Positions 7,852 to 18,752 are shown, numbered from the stretch's first letter. The stretch: 64,000 nt of DNA from a bacterium (GCA_041649255.1 JBAZNK010000006.1:12225-76224); one strand, 5' to 3'. Translations and numbers: made by a program. The notes: generated by a model not told the origin, from the letters alone.

Positions 7852-9915
7852 CTATCTTGATGGTTTTTTTAATAAAAATTTCAAAGGCTTCCATAAAAAG
7901 TATGTCCCTATTTCAACAGCAATAACGATAAGTCCAAGAATATTCCACGTTTTTTTACTACCAAGATATTTTAAACATAGTATTAATGTCGCAATTACCG
8001 ATATTGTCCAAACCCATGCCAATATTATGTTAATAGTATTTTTTACTCTAACGCGTCTCTCCTCTTGCTTTTTATCTAGAATCTTTTTTACTTCTTTTTG
8101 TACAGTATCAGGCATTTTATTGATTTCTTCTTGCAAGTTTTTTTCTGATGCTTCTGCACGTATTGTCGCTGTTTTCAAAGCTTGTGTTAGTTTTGTTACG
8201 CTTTCTGTCAATGCCTTTTTTTCATCTTCATTATTATTCGTAATTTTTTCTTGTGAAAAACGTTCTTCTATTCCATTTAACTTTTTCGATAACTTATAAG
8301 TTAATTCTTTTTTTAATTCTTCATTATATGGACGGCCTTTACGAATCTCATTTTTAATTAATTGAGTATACTCTCTGATTATTGATTCCGGCCATTTTTT
8401 TATATCTACTTCTATATCTGTCCAGAATTTAAAATCTTCTATATCGTAAATTTGTTCAAATGAAAAAAACTCTGATCCTAATACTCCACTGAACACAGAA
8501 GAAAAATTTTCTATTGAATTTTCAGGTACAAAGGGAGATATACACTGTAGCCAACTGTCTAATGTAAAACATGAAGGATTCGCTTCATTTTCAAAAATCA
8601 TTTTATTTGCTGGGGGCAGAGAGGTGTCTAAAGTTAAAAACCACGTTTCAGATTTTTCTTCCCGTTTGTTTTTGATAAGTAAAAAAAGAAATGCATCATG
8701 CAATAAAGTTCCATCTTTTTTTTCTTTTTTTCTTATCTCTTTAGATTTCTTTTGAAGTATGTTTTTTATCCTTTCTATATCTTTATCTTTTAGAATTGTA
8801 TCATAAAGGATATCGTCTTCAATACAAATTTTAAATTTATCCTTTAGCGTATTTTCTAAATCTTCAAAAGGTTCAAACAATTTATCAATCGTAAAGGTTG
8901 GATCCTTTTCTTTCGATTTCTTGTATACTTCATAAAAAGCGTTGTGAATCTGATCTTCCATAGTAGTTGGAATATTGTCATACGTATCTGAAATGCCTCG
9001 TTGATATTTGATTACATCTTTAATTTCTTTTTTAGTAACTTCCGAAACATAAAGAGAAATTCCTATATCTTGGGATATTTTATAAAACTCTTGGAAAGAA
9101 CGGGACATTTCAGCTTCACTTAGCAACCCTGTAATAATAACATTTGAATCTAAATAAATATAAGAATTATTAAAAGCATTTTTGGATAATACTCTGGATT
9201 TAGGGTCAATTCCTAATAATTTTAATATGTAAAAGTTTTGGGTCATATAGAATTTAAGAGAACTATATACAGGGTCTGAGCCTTGAAAAAAATTATAAAA
9301 TTCAGTTTTTATAACAGATATAAGTTCTGGATTAGTGAGTTTGAAAAAAGAAAGTCTTTGATTAAGTTTGTCATTTATTTGAGATGAATATAAGATATCT
9401 TTGTTGGAAAAATTACCTAACATCATTTTTGCGCTTTGTTGCCCAATTTGGGAAAAAACGAACACAATAAATTCTTTAAATAATGTTGATACGGTATTTA
9501 TTTGAGAGGAAGTAATTAATGAATAACGTTCTCTAATTCGAGTAATTATTTTTTCAACACATCTATTTAATATGTTTCCCCGTTCATTTATTTGTGTTTT
9601 TATTTTTTGTTTTTCTTTTATTAAAAAATAATCTCGCCCGTTTTGTTTATTGGATAATATAATATCTTTTTTTAAAAGAGATTCAATACTACTTGAAACT
9701 TGTGAAGTTCTTAACTGGACGGGACATTCGTTTCTCATCTTTTCTCTTATTGTTTCTATTGAAGCGCCTTCTGGATAAGTTTCTTGGAGAGTATACAAGC
9801 AATTTGTTACTATTCTTTCTATAGCTTCTTTTCTAGGATATTCTAATTGTGGACCAAAGGTAAAATTATAGGATAATATTACATCTATGTCTTCGGATAT
9901 GCTATAATCATTCAT
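7852..9915 (-). CDS. Large hypothetical protein of 687 aa, Lys-rich with coiled-coil character, a PIN-like motif and a C-terminal double TM anchor. It may be a defense or abortive-infection nuclease.
   Basis: Markedly AT-rich gene. IYLDSNVIITG ... LLHDAFLFLLIKNK ... WFLTLDTSL suggests a PIN-like fold. C-terminus ILAWVWTISVIATLILCLKYLG and WNILGLIVIAVEIGTYFLW. I recognise no family. Confidence 0.35.
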   Translation of the reverse strand: MNDYSISEDIDVILSYNFTFGPQLEYPRKEAIERIVTNCLYTLQETYPEGASIETIREKMRNECPVQLRTSQVSSSIESLLKKDIILSNKQNGRDYFLIKEKQKIKTQINERGNILNRCVEKIITRIRERYSLITSSQINTVSTLFKEFIVFVFSQIGQQSAKMMLGNFSNKDILYSSQINDKLNQRLSFFKLTNPELISVIKTEFYNFFQGSDPVYSSLKFYMTQNFYILKLLGIDPKSRVLSKNAFNNSYIYLDSNVIITGLLSEAEMSRSFQEFYKISQDIGISLYVSEVTKKEIKDVIKYQRGISDTYDNIPTTMEDQIHNAFYEVYKKSKEKDPTFTIDKLFEPFEDLENTLKDKFKICIEDDILYDTILKDKDIERIKNILQKKSKEIRKKEKKDGTLLHDAFLFLLIKNKREEKSETWFLTLDTSLPPANKMIFENEANPSCFTLDSWLQCISPFVPENSIENFSSVFSGVLGSEFFSFEQIYDIEDFKFWTDIEVDIKKWPESIIREYTQLIKNEIRKGRPYNEELKKELTYKLSKKLNGIEERFSQEKITNNNEDEKKALTESVTKLTQALKTATIRAEASEKNLQEEINKMPDTVQKEVKKILDKKQEERRVRVKNTINIILAWVWTISVIATLILCLKYLGSKKTWNILGLIVIAVEIGTYFLWKPLKFLLKKPSR

Positions 9916-10043
9916 TCTTATCCCCCTAGTTAAGTTTTTTCAACTTCCGATAATATAAGTTATGTATCAACCTTTGCTTATTTTTCGCTTTTTTCATAGC
10001 ATAATAAATTATACATATTTATCATTTTGTTGTTTGGCAAGAG

Positions 10044-10105
10044 AAAAGCATTTGCAAATATCTATATTTATGGACATTTTTCCATATTGGGGTATTTTAG
10101 GGGAT
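10044..10105 (-). promoter_or_regulatory. Conserved upstream element, family 1, copy 1. The first half matches; the second half is degenerate.
   Basis: aaaagcatttgcaaatatctatatttatggacattt matches the copies at 18678, 24321 and 26865. It lies ~130 nt upstream of the start of the minus-strand gene 7852..9915. Confidence 0.5.
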
Positions 10106-10194
10106 AGCGTTTTTGATAAAGGGGCTTAACATTCTCTTTATTTGTTAACGTGTTGCTAGTAAAAAAGTATATTTTTGTGAAAAGTTTGGGCTTG

Positions 10195-11769
10195 TTATTT
10201 TATCAAAATTAGCTTTTGGGTTTCTTTATGAGTGCCTGCAGTAAATTTCATAAAATAAACGCCTGTGGATAAGCCTTTTGCATTTAGAATTAGATTATAA
10301 CTGCCAGCTTCCTTTTCTTCGTTGACAAGAGTTTTAATTGTTCTGCCAGTTGCATCGTAGATTCTTAAAGAGACTTTGCTTTTTGTCGGCAATTGATAAT
10401 TTATAACGGTTGATTGTACAAATGGGTTGCGGGAAATTTGTAATTTAGGATTTAGGATTTGAGATTTTGATTTCTCCTCTATTCCCGGCCCTGTGTATTT
10501 GCAAACCCAGACTTTATTTGGTTTATAATAAATATCATTTGCATAGTTTGAAAACATAATCTCATTTGCGCCATCTCCATTTACATCCCCTGCATTTGCG
10601 ACAGTCCAGCCTATTTGTTGTAAACTATCTGTCCCTATTGCATAAGCTTCTGTTATAGTATCAACGGAAATTCCTCCTAAATATACATAAATTTTGCCTT
10701 TTGCATTATAACAACCAGCAGGATAATGACAACTTCCGATAACTAAAGCTTTTTCTCCAGATGAAAGAACATTTTCTATACCCGCAATGGTATATCCATA
10801 ATAAGTTCCTAAGGGATAAGGGAATGCATCCCCTGCAAAAATTATATCTTTTTTGTTATTCATTGGATTCCCACCCCAATATGCAAGAACTGTATCGTAT
10901 GCAAAAGGAATTCCGATACAAGCATCATCAAATCCATCGCTATTTAAATCAGGTAATAATGCGACATCTTCTCCAAAATCTCCTCCGTTTCCTAACATTT
11001 CAACATCGGGAATAGTATCCATAGAATTGCCACCATAATAAATGTATGCCTTTCCTCTCATACTACCATAATTTAAATCGGATACTAATAAATCTTCATA
11101 CCCATCATTATTTACATCGTATCCACTTGATAAAGACCACCCCAAACTAGCTTCTCCATTTAAAGTGATATGCTGGTTTGTATCACAGGAAGAATTGCCG
11201 AAATATATATCTACTCTTCCTCCTGCCGGGCCTAAACTTGGATTTCCAATTATTATGTCATCATACCCATCATTATTCAAATCTCCCATTTGTGGCGGTA
11301 ATTTCCCTTCATTGCGTCCGAATAGTTTGAAATCACATATTGTATCGGGAGAAACTCCACCTAAGTATACCCAAACTTCTCCTCCCCCTATTGCTATGTC
11401 ATCATACCCATCCCCATTATAATCTCCTATCTCTATATCATGTCCAAAGGACTCTCCGGGATCATATGGGCCTAAGAAAATTATATCCGGGATTGAATCC
11501 ATAGACTGTCCCCCATAATAACCGCATACATAATATTGGATAACAATATTTGTGTCTATGGTACTATACATTCTTCCCCCTACAAAAATATCACTGTATC
11601 CATCTCCATTTATATCTCCGGAAGAAAGTCCACATCCAAAACTACTGCCTACTATAGTGGAATCCAATTCTGTTATTGTCTGCAGCAGTTCCAGATTGTG
11701 CAGTTCCAAAGGATATATGGGGGATAAAAAAACAATATTTCCTAATAAAATACCTATAAAAAATTTCAT
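10195..11769 (-). CDS. Secreted FG-GAP/VCBS-type repeat beta-propeller protein with a T9SS C-terminal sorting domain.
   Basis: Repeats DINGDGYSDIFVGG, DYNGDGYDDIAIGG, DLNNDGYDDIIIGN, DVNNDGYEDLLVSD, DLNSDGFDDACIG, DVNGDGANEIMFSN. CTD ...GVYFMKFTAGTHKETQKLILIK. Confidence 0.8.
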   Translation of the reverse strand: MKFFIGILLGNIVFLSPIYPLELHNLELLQTITELDSTIVGSSFGCGLSSGDINGDGYSDIFVGGRMYSTIDTNIVIQYYVCGYYGGQSMDSIPDIIFLGPYDPGESFGHDIEIGDYNGDGYDDIAIGGGEVWVYLGGVSPDTICDFKLFGRNEGKLPPQMGDLNNDGYDDIIIGNPSLGPAGGRVDIYFGNSSCDTNQHITLNGEASLGWSLSSGYDVNNDGYEDLLVSDLNYGSMRGKAYIYYGGNSMDTIPDVEMLGNGGDFGEDVALLPDLNSDGFDDACIGIPFAYDTVLAYWGGNPMNNKKDIIFAGDAFPYPLGTYYGYTIAGIENVLSSGEKALVIGSCHYPAGCYNAKGKIYVYLGGISVDTITEAYAIGTDSLQQIGWTVANAGDVNGDGANEIMFSNYANDIYYKPNKVWVCKYTGPGIEEKSKSQILNPKLQISRNPFVQSTVINYQLPTKSKVSLRIYDATGRTIKTLVNEEKEAGSYNLILNAKGLSTGVYFMKFTAGTHKETQKLILIK

Positions 11770-11874
11770 ATATTTTGCTCTTATATAATTATATATACTT
11801 TAAAATCTACCTTTTTGCAACTTATTTCTCAAAAAATCCGAAAAATAAACAAATTATTTTTAAAATTAAGAAGC

Positions 11875-11904
11875 CCTCCTCATCGTTGGGGAGGGCTTCA
11901 GTTG
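11875..11904 (-). terminator. Probable rho-independent terminator after the 2207-aa gene.
   Basis: Stem gaagccctcc / ggagggcttc with a 9-nt loop. On the minus strand it is followed by TTAATTTTAAAAATAATTTGTTTATTTTT. Confidence 0.55.
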
Positions 11905-11917
11905 ACTTATTTGCTTC

Positions 11918-14900
11918 CTACTTCATCAAAATCAATTTCTTTGTCTCTTTGTATTCACCAGCATTGAATTTCGCAAAGTAAATACCCGTTGGATAGTTCT
12001 TTGATTCAAGCGTTTCTTTGTAATAGCCGGGCAATCTTTCTCCTTCTACAAGAGTTTTTACGCATCGTCCTGTAAGGTCGTAGAGTTTCAAAGATACTTT
12101 GCTTGTTTTCGGTAGTGAATATTGAATCGTCGTTTTGTTCCTAAATGGATTTGGATAATTCTGATAGAGTTTGAAAACAAGCGGTTTAGAGATAGTTCCT
12201 TGTGGTCCGCCGCTTCCAAGTTCGCCTCTGCAAATCTTTCCATCTCCACCATCTGTAGCATTATCGGGGCCTACCCCATGAGTTACCAAAACATTTCCCG
12301 TAAAAGTCTCTACATTTCTTATAAGCGCAATTCTTCCACCAGCCGAGCCACCACCGTCTGCCTGTGTATTATTTGCTCCGTCATTTCCATTTGCCTCTAT
12401 GTTTCCTTCTCCTTTTAATGAATCACAGCTTATAAAAATTGAGCCACCGCTTCCAGCACCACCTGCATACCCGCTTGAATATTTATATCCAGCTTCTCCA
12501 TTTGCTGAAACTATTCCATCAATCGTTATCACATTTGCTGAAAGTTTTAATCTTCCTCCACCGGAACCTCCCGGGGCTACTGTATAGTTATCCCCAAAGC
12601 CTCCGCCTGAACCAAGAGATGTAGGATTAAGAGAATCTGCTTCACCATAAGCAACTCCACCTGATATTCCGCTTTCTCCGTTTCCACCTGTATTTCCATA
12701 CCCAGCTCCGCCGGCACCCGCTCCATTTACGCCGTTTGTGCCCTTGCCGGTTCCGTTTGATGTTAAGTAACCTTTTTTATCTGCACTTATTACTGCTCCT
12801 GAACTGACAGTTATCTCATTTGCCGTAATAGAAGCATTGCCTAATAGGGAATCTCCGGAATCAAGCTGGAATTTCACATTACTGAAATTCGCTCCATTAA
12901 CAAATGAAAGCCTGTCATGTGAACCTATTATCGTATTAACCGGAGAAACAAGCAATTCCACGCTTCCATTGGATTGAACTACTTTTATTATCCCGCTCTG
13001 TCCATCTTGTGCTCTATCAGGATATATTGATCCTGCTCCAACTCCTCCGTTTGCTAATAACTTTCCGCTAAAAGATGAATTTCTGTAATTAATTCTTAAA
13101 TAACCTGCGCCACCACCGCCACCTTGGGCTGTGCTTCTATATGCGCCATCTCCTCCATTTGTTTCCGCGATTCCGCTTCCAGAAATAGAATCACAGATTA
13201 TATAAATTGACCCTGCTCCACCGCCACCACCGGCATAAGATGAGCCACCTGCTTCTCCGTCTGTTCCATTCGATTCTATTTTTCCTGAAAGTGTTAATGT
13301 GGCTGTTGAGAGTTTAATTCTTCCTCCACCTGCTCCACCCCAAGCCGAATAAGAGCTGCCATTTCCACCACCACAGCCAAGGTAAGACATTGGAGAAAGA
13401 GTATCTGAATAAGCAACTCCACCCGATATTTCCGTTTCTCCTAAACCGCCTTGCCCACAGCATGCTCCACCGCCTGCTCCCGCGCCATTTGTACCATTTG
13501 AGCCTTTTCCCGGTCCGCTGGCTTTTGGATTCCCTTTGCCTGTAGAGCTTAAAGTGCCTAATAGTTGCATTGTTTGAGCTTCTACGTCTATGATACCGGT
13601 AGTAGAGTCAGTGCCATTGAATGCAACACTATTCATCGTAGCACCTGAATTTATCTTAAATAAACCGATATTGTAATGTCTGCCTGAAACGAGTCTTGTG
13701 CTGTCGGTCGTCCAAACCCAGTCAGCTCCGCCATGATTCGTTCCGCCAAGTCCTACACTTAACTGGAAGTGACGCACTCCGCCTGCTCCGGAGTTATAAA
13801 CATAGTTCGGATTAGTACGTAAGTTCTGTGTAGCCCCATTTCCAAGATCAAGCAAATATATGCCGTATCCCGAAGGCACATCGGACGGTAAAATGTTAAG
13901 TGTTATATTTTCGTTTGATTTATCCGTATTGACTTCAAAATTCCATACCATTGTGGAATCCGTAAGGTCAAGTGTTTTCCTGACATCCTGACAGAATTTA
14001 TCTCCCAATGGATGATTCCATTCGGAATGCGGGAAATAAAGATATACATAATTAGAAGGTGGAATGGAATATTTTGGAATATCATATCCTTCATCACAGC
14101 TGTCGGAAGCTTCTCCAATTACGCCTGCATAATTAGAAGTATCATTACCGAAACTTGCCGTGGCTTTGACTTGCACTTTCCAATCAAGAGGTAGAATAGT
14201 TTTTATCGGCATAAAAGTAATAGGACCTGAAACAGTACTTGCTATAGTAGCCGAGTCATTAATTCCCCAGTAGTTATTTTGAGTTAATATATTGTCTCCA
14301 GCTTGATTTAAAAAGTTCCATGTTGCGTTGCTATAGATGCTATTATTTCCCGGAGTATACTCTGCGCTTTGACAATTTATGTTCCCAAAGTTGAACCCTA
14401 TAGCTGAATTAGTGGATACCCCGATGTCATTAGCTATTATTGTATTCTCTCTTCCCATTAGGGAAGAATTTTCTGCTTTTATACCTGTTTCATTGTGATG
14501 TATTGTGTTTCCCCATAATTCTCCATGAGGAGCATTTGAGTACAATATCCCTGCTTCATTACAGTCTTTTATTTCAAAACCACAGATAGAAATATAAGAT
14601 TTTCCATTTACATTAAATCCATAGTCTCGAGAATTGTCACCAGTAATTACTACTCTTTCTCCCGGAACTGCAATATATGCAATAATACCACTATCAGGAT
14701 AACCTGAATTATAAGGTGTTATTGTTTCGTGGTATACGCCTTCTCTGACGGCAACTGCTTCGTCGGCTTTTAATACACTAGCAGCTTTTTGAATAGTTGC
14801 AAAAGGTTGTCCCTCAGTGCCTGGGTTCATATCACTGCCATTTGTACAATCTGCATAATACAACTTTTTATATTTAGAAACAGTTTTTTTAAGACTCCAT

Positions 14901-17900
14901 GGTCCCATTTGTCCTGACCTATGCATTGCACAGACAAAGAAAGTAATGTCCTGATGGAAAGGATTTTTTTCTAAATATTCATACCATGTCCTTTGAATTG
15001 GAGCGAATGATTGAAGATAATAATTTGCAGTTGCTTTTTGTCCCACCATTCTTCCTATAGGACAAACCCAATAGCCACCAAGATAGGGTTCGTAAGCAGA
15101 AGAACTTGCCCCAGTGAATGGTATCGGATCCCATACAAGACGGTAAATTTTTTGATTCGGAGATGTAAGAGTTTGGGATTGCCCTTTAAGGTTTGTTACT
15201 CGAGGAGGAATGGCATTATTTACAGCTAGAGTTGTGTTATAATTGGAAAAATCCGAAGGCATATCGTCACAGAGATCAGAAGGATTATTATCGTCAACCG
15301 CACGAATTCTATAAAAATAAGTCCTTCCAATTTCACCTGTCTTATCTTTATAATATACCGATCCTCCTGTCCCAGAGAGTTCATCAATATATTCAAATGG
15401 GCCATTTTGACTTATCTCTGAACGATAAATCCAATATTTCATGCTTGCTGTAGTTTGCCATGTTAAAACATCTTTACTTTCTTCCCCATGCTCACCTAAT
15501 GCAACTAAAAACATCGGTACGTTTGGGGCAGGAACAGATACCCAGGGAAGATTATAGGGAGTAGCTTTAAACGCACGCGTTTCAAGTACTGGCCTTCTTA
15601 ATAGTGATACTGAGTTGTCTTTCCAAACGATTTTAATTTTATAGTAGTAAGGTGTATCCCAAATTACCTTATCGTCCAAATAGGTATAATAATTATAGTT
15701 AGGTTCAGCATTTGATGGAGTGATATTATTTGTTAAACAATGGTAAGGGCCTTCTTCGCATACGCTGCGCCACACTTCATAATGGTCTATAATATCACTT
15801 GCACCACTACTTATATCCAACCAAGATTCTTTTTCAGTAATCCAACTTATTCTGACTTTTTGATCGTCACTGAAAACAAAGACCTTTCCTAAGGAAGGAG
15901 CGTAGTATCTACCAAGAAGTGTTCCTGTCTCGTAAGATCCGGCAGGAACCGGGTGTCTCCCTCCAGCCCAGGACATCCAACCTATATTTCCTTTACAATA
16001 TATGCTATAAAGGTCATCATTCTTCAGAAAATATTCCCGAGTTGGACCTTCAGCATTATAAATAACATCGGATGTTCCGACATAAAATCGTCTTCCCTCT
16101 ATCCCCAGATTTTCATGCCAAACATTCATAATCCATGTCGGGAACATTGCTCTTCCTGAAATAATTTCATCTATATTTTCTTTAGCCCATGATGGAGAAC
16201 TGTATTTTCCTACGCTTCCCGTAGATATTCCTATCCAAGAAGTAGCAGGGTCATTTTCTTTCCCTGAAATTCCGAAGTTTGCATGCCTTACATCATACCA
16301 TTCTACAGGAGTTCCGTTCCCAAAATCCCAGTCAGCGACACTCCATCCATCCGGATGAGAAGGCTCTTCATTCTCAAAAAGTGTCCATGCATTTGTTGCA
16401 TCCATTCTATTCCAAGTCGCTCCTCCATCTGTTGTTCGGGCAATGCCGGTATTTTTCGTTGTCATTGTCTCATCTCTTCCTTGATTGTCCATAGTTACCC
16501 AAACATACTGATAATTAGCTTTGTCAACCCATATGCTTCTGACACAGTCGGAAAGGGTTTTTATATCCCCATTTATTGCATAAGGGACAGGTTGTTGTAC
16601 TGCTGCCCACGTAGCTCCTCCTAAATTACTTCCGTTGTTTGTTTTTAAAACATACCCTTCAGAAGCCCCTATATATCCATTATTTACATCTGCGAAATCT
16701 ACACAGAAAAATGTAAGATTGTATGGAATCGATGAAGACACAAGGGATGTTGAGTTTATACAATCCCATGAGGAGCCACCATTCAAACTTCGCAATATAA
16801 TTCCTCTAGGTTGGGAAGAAATAGCTCCATACGCTTCATTCACACTTACTTGTTTATTTACTCCGACGATAAATATGGTGTTATTTGGAGAATTAGGTAT
16901 TTCACACACTCCTTGGAAATCCCAATCAGCTGGATTGATACCAGCAGAACTTAAAGAGGATGATTTGTCAGACCATGAAAAATCCGTATTCCTTCCAAGC
17001 ACCAATCCGTTATCTCCTACTGCCCAGTGTCCATTAACAGACCTTACAATTTGGTTCGTATTAATAGGTGCCTGTTGGTCAAACCAACCATATCTGGATA
17101 AAGTATCAAATGAAACTTGCGTAAGCCAGGTATTGTGATATTCCCATGATTTAGGCTCAAGTTTTGGTACACCAAGGTCATTATTAATATTGGATATGTG
17201 GTAACTATAGCAGGAGAATTGATCTCTACAAGATGCCCAACTTGACGAAGTTAGTATATCAACTCCTGTATTGTTAGAAATTGCCACTATCTCTGCATGT
17301 CCATCATTATTTATATCAGCTACAGCAGGATGTTCCCATCCAGTTCGAGATGTGAAAGTATTATCAATGATATCCATCCCCCCAGTGCCTCCCCTTATAA
17401 CATCATAGGCATATAAAGCATTAGTCCCTTCCCATATTATCTCCTTTATGCCATCTTTATCAATATCGCAAATAACAGGAGCAGGGGCCGAACCAGTCGT
17501 TCCATCAATTACATTTACTTGACGATATATAGTTGGTTGAACAGAAGGTCCGTTATCCCGAAGAACAAAGAGCATATCTTCCATATTATCAAAACTTGTA
17601 TTTGAAAATACTACAATTTCAGGTTTACTTTGATCATCTGCTTCATTTAAGTCGGCAATAGCCACCATAGACATGGTTTCCGCAGAATTTGTGCCTGAGG
17701 GGGTATGTATAAACCTCCATCTTTCTCGTAAGCTTGATAGTCCTGTATTCCATTCAAGACAATATAATACATTTTCATCTCCACCATGTACACCATCTGA
17801 CACTAAAATTTCAGGTTTTAAGTCACCATCAACGTCAGCTATTGCTACAGCTCCCATCATAGGAGTCGGTAAAACTGCCATCCACGTATGTTTCTGACCT

Positions 17901-18541
17901 CCAGAACCATTGAGACAATATACCGTACGACCACTCCCAAATATTATTTCCATGTCTCCATCTTCATCAATATCTGCAACTGCAGGAGATGTTGCATGTG
18001 TGGTAGTTGGAAATACCCAATCTTGTTGCAAGCTGTTAGTGCCATCCCAAGAAGCACAATGCAACCCATTATTTCCTCCTGCTAAAACTTTTGGGAAAAT
18101 ATCGCCGTTACTTACATAAGCAACCGTTAATCCCCCCCGTGCATAATTTTGTCCAGTCGGGATTGAATTCCCTAATTGTGCTAAAGTATTATCTAGACAA
18201 TAAATTCCTGCGTTAGTAGTATTGCCAGAACTGTTAAATAAAACTTCCGGAACATTATCATTGTTTATATCTGCTATTACTGGATGAAGAGGCTCATTGC
18301 CATTAGGTTCCCCGAATGCATACAGTAATGTACCTGTACTACTAAGACAATAAATAAAAGAATTTGAATTACCTATAACGATTTCTGAACCAGGTCCTAC
18401 GTTTGTTAAATCACTCACTGCTGGCGAACAAAGAAAAGTGTTTCCCGCCGCATTAAATGGCCATACTCCAAAACTATCTCCAACCATAAACCCCAACATT
18501 CCCACTATTACAACTACTTGCTTCAATAATCTCATCTCCAC
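11918..18541 (-). CDS. Giant secreted multidomain protein of 2207 aa. It has FG-GAP repeats, a pectate-lyase-like parallel beta-helix, FN3-like regions, two Gly-rich solenoid-like modules and a T9SS C-terminal sorting domain.
   Basis: FG-GAP: ADINNDNVPEVLF, ADIDEDGDMEIIFGSG, ADVDGDLKPEILVSDG, CDIDKDGIKEIIWEG, ADINNDGHAEIVAIS. Beta-helix: FATIQKAASVLKADEAVAVREGVYHE...GFEIKDCNEAGILYSN...NTIHHNETGIKAE. Two ~150-aa Gly-rich modules (GGGRIKLS...GGGGGAGSIYIICDS...; GGGRLKLSAN...GGAGSGGSIFISCDS...). CTD NYPNPFRNKTTIQY...IYFAKFNAGEYKETKKLILMK. Confidence 0.85.
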   Translation of the reverse strand: MEMRLLKQVVVIVGMLGFMVGDSFGVWPFNAAGNTFLCSPAVSDLTNVGPGSEIVIGNSNSFIYCLSSTGTLLYAFGEPNGNEPLHPVIADINNDNVPEVLFNSSGNTTNAGIYCLDNTLAQLGNSIPTGQNYARGGLTVAYVSNGDIFPKVLAGGNNGLHCASWDGTNSLQQDWVFPTTTHATSPAVADIDEDGDMEIIFGSGRTVYCLNGSGGQKHTWMAVLPTPMMGAVAIADVDGDLKPEILVSDGVHGGDENVLYCLEWNTGLSSLRERWRFIHTPSGTNSAETMSMVAIADLNEADDQSKPEIVVFSNTSFDNMEDMLFVLRDNGPSVQPTIYRQVNVIDGTTGSAPAPVICDIDKDGIKEIIWEGTNALYAYDVIRGGTGGMDIIDNTFTSRTGWEHPAVADINNDGHAEIVAISNNTGVDILTSSSWASCRDQFSCYSYHISNINNDLGVPKLEPKSWEYHNTWLTQVSFDTLSRYGWFDQQAPINTNQIVRSVNGHWAVGDNGLVLGRNTDFSWSDKSSSLSSAGINPADWDFQGVCEIPNSPNNTIFIVGVNKQVSVNEAYGAISSQPRGIILRSLNGGSSWDCINSTSLVSSSIPYNLTFFCVDFADVNNGYIGASEGYVLKTNNGSNLGGATWAAVQQPVPYAINGDIKTLSDCVRSIWVDKANYQYVWVTMDNQGRDETMTTKNTGIARTTDGGATWNRMDATNAWTLFENEEPSHPDGWSVADWDFGNGTPVEWYDVRHANFGISGKENDPATSWIGISTGSVGKYSSPSWAKENIDEIISGRAMFPTWIMNVWHENLGIEGRRFYVGTSDVIYNAEGPTREYFLKNDDLYSIYCKGNIGWMSWAGGRHPVPAGSYETGTLLGRYYAPSLGKVFVFSDDQKVRISWITEKESWLDISSGASDIIDHYEVWRSVCEEGPYHCLTNNITPSNAEPNYNYYTYLDDKVIWDTPYYYKIKIVWKDNSVSLLRRPVLETRAFKATPYNLPWVSVPAPNVPMFLVALGEHGEESKDVLTWQTTASMKYWIYRSEISQNGPFEYIDELSGTGGSVYYKDKTGEIGRTYFYRIRAVDDNNPSDLCDDMPSDFSNYNTTLAVNNAIPPRVTNLKGQSQTLTSPNQKIYRLVWDPIPFTGASSSAYEPYLGGYWVCPIGRMVGQKATANYYLQSFAPIQRTWYEYLEKNPFHQDITFFVCAMHRSGQMGPWSLKKTVSKYKKLYYADCTNGSDMNPGTEGQPFATIQKAASVLKADEAVAVREGVYHETITPYNSGYPDSGIIAYIAVPGERVVITGDNSRDYGFNVNGKSYISICGFEIKDCNEAGILYSNAPHGELWGNTIHHNETGIKAENSSLMGRENTIIANDIGVSTNSAIGFNFGNINCQSAEYTPGNNSIYSNATWNFLNQAGDNILTQNNYWGINDSATIASTVSGPITFMPIKTILPLDWKVQVKATASFGNDTSNYAGVIGEASDSCDEGYDIPKYSIPPSNYVYLYFPHSEWNHPLGDKFCQDVRKTLDLTDSTMVWNFEVNTDKSNENITLNILPSDVPSGYGIYLLDLGNGATQNLRTNPNYVYNSGAGGVRHFQLSVGLGGTNHGGADWVWTTDSTRLVSGRHYNIGLFKINSGATMNSVAFNGTDSTTGIIDVEAQTMQLLGTLSSTGKGNPKASGPGKGSNGTNGAGAGGGACCGQGGLGETEISGGVAYSDTLSPMSYLGCGGGNGSSYSAWGGAGGGRIKLSTATLTLSGKIESNGTDGEAGGSSYAGGGGGAGSIYIICDSISGSGIAETNGGDGAYRSTAQGGGGGAGYLRINYRNSSFSGKLLANGGVGAGSIYPDRAQDGQSGIIKVVQSNGSVELLVSPVNTIIGSHDRLSFVNGANFSNVKFQLDSGDSLLGNASITANEITVSSGAVISADKKGYLTSNGTGKGTNGVNGAGAGGAGYGNTGGNGESGISGGVAYGEADSLNPTSLGSGGGFGDNYTVAPGGSGGGRLKLSANVITIDGIVSANGEAGYKYSSGYAGGAGSGGSIFISCDSLKGEGNIEANGNDGANNTQADGGGSAGGRIALIRNVETFTGNVLVTHGVGPDNATDGGDGKICRGELGSGGPQGTISKPLVFKLYQNYPNPFRNKTTIQYSLPKTSKVSLKLYDLTGRCVKTLVEGERLPGYYKETLESKNYPTGIYFAKFNAGEYKETKKLILMK

Positions 18542-18677
18542 CTCCTTTGCCCTAAAAAGAGCAATTTACTTTTCAAAAAAGTTCTAATTAATAAAATCAT
18601 TCTATAAATCAATGATTAAATAAAATATTATATTAAGAATTTGAGTTTATTCCCCCTATCTGTCAATAAAATTTCAT

Positions 18678-18752
18678 GTGCAAATATCTATATTTATGGA
18701 CATTTATCTATATTTATTTGCAAATATCTATGTGGGGAATTTTTCGAAGCGT
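18678..18752 (-). promoter_or_regulatory. Conserved upstream element, family 1, copy 2 (full length).
   Basis: gtgcaaatatctatatttatggacatttatctatatttatttgcaaatatctatgtggggaatttttcgaagcg. It lies ~135 nt upstream of the start of the giant gene (18541). Confidence 0.55.

Noticed and set aside
12122-18119. Many 60-170-aa plus-strand ORFs (e.g. 16635..17138, 16283..16624) inside the 2207-aa gene. The same applies to ORFs inside the other giant genes at 28414..32034, 32047..38040 and 38657..44251.
   Set aside because: These are antisense ORFs of the kind expected in long genes by chance. None has a domain signature or a ribosome-binding context, and the minus-strand reading frames carry clear repeat and domain evidence.
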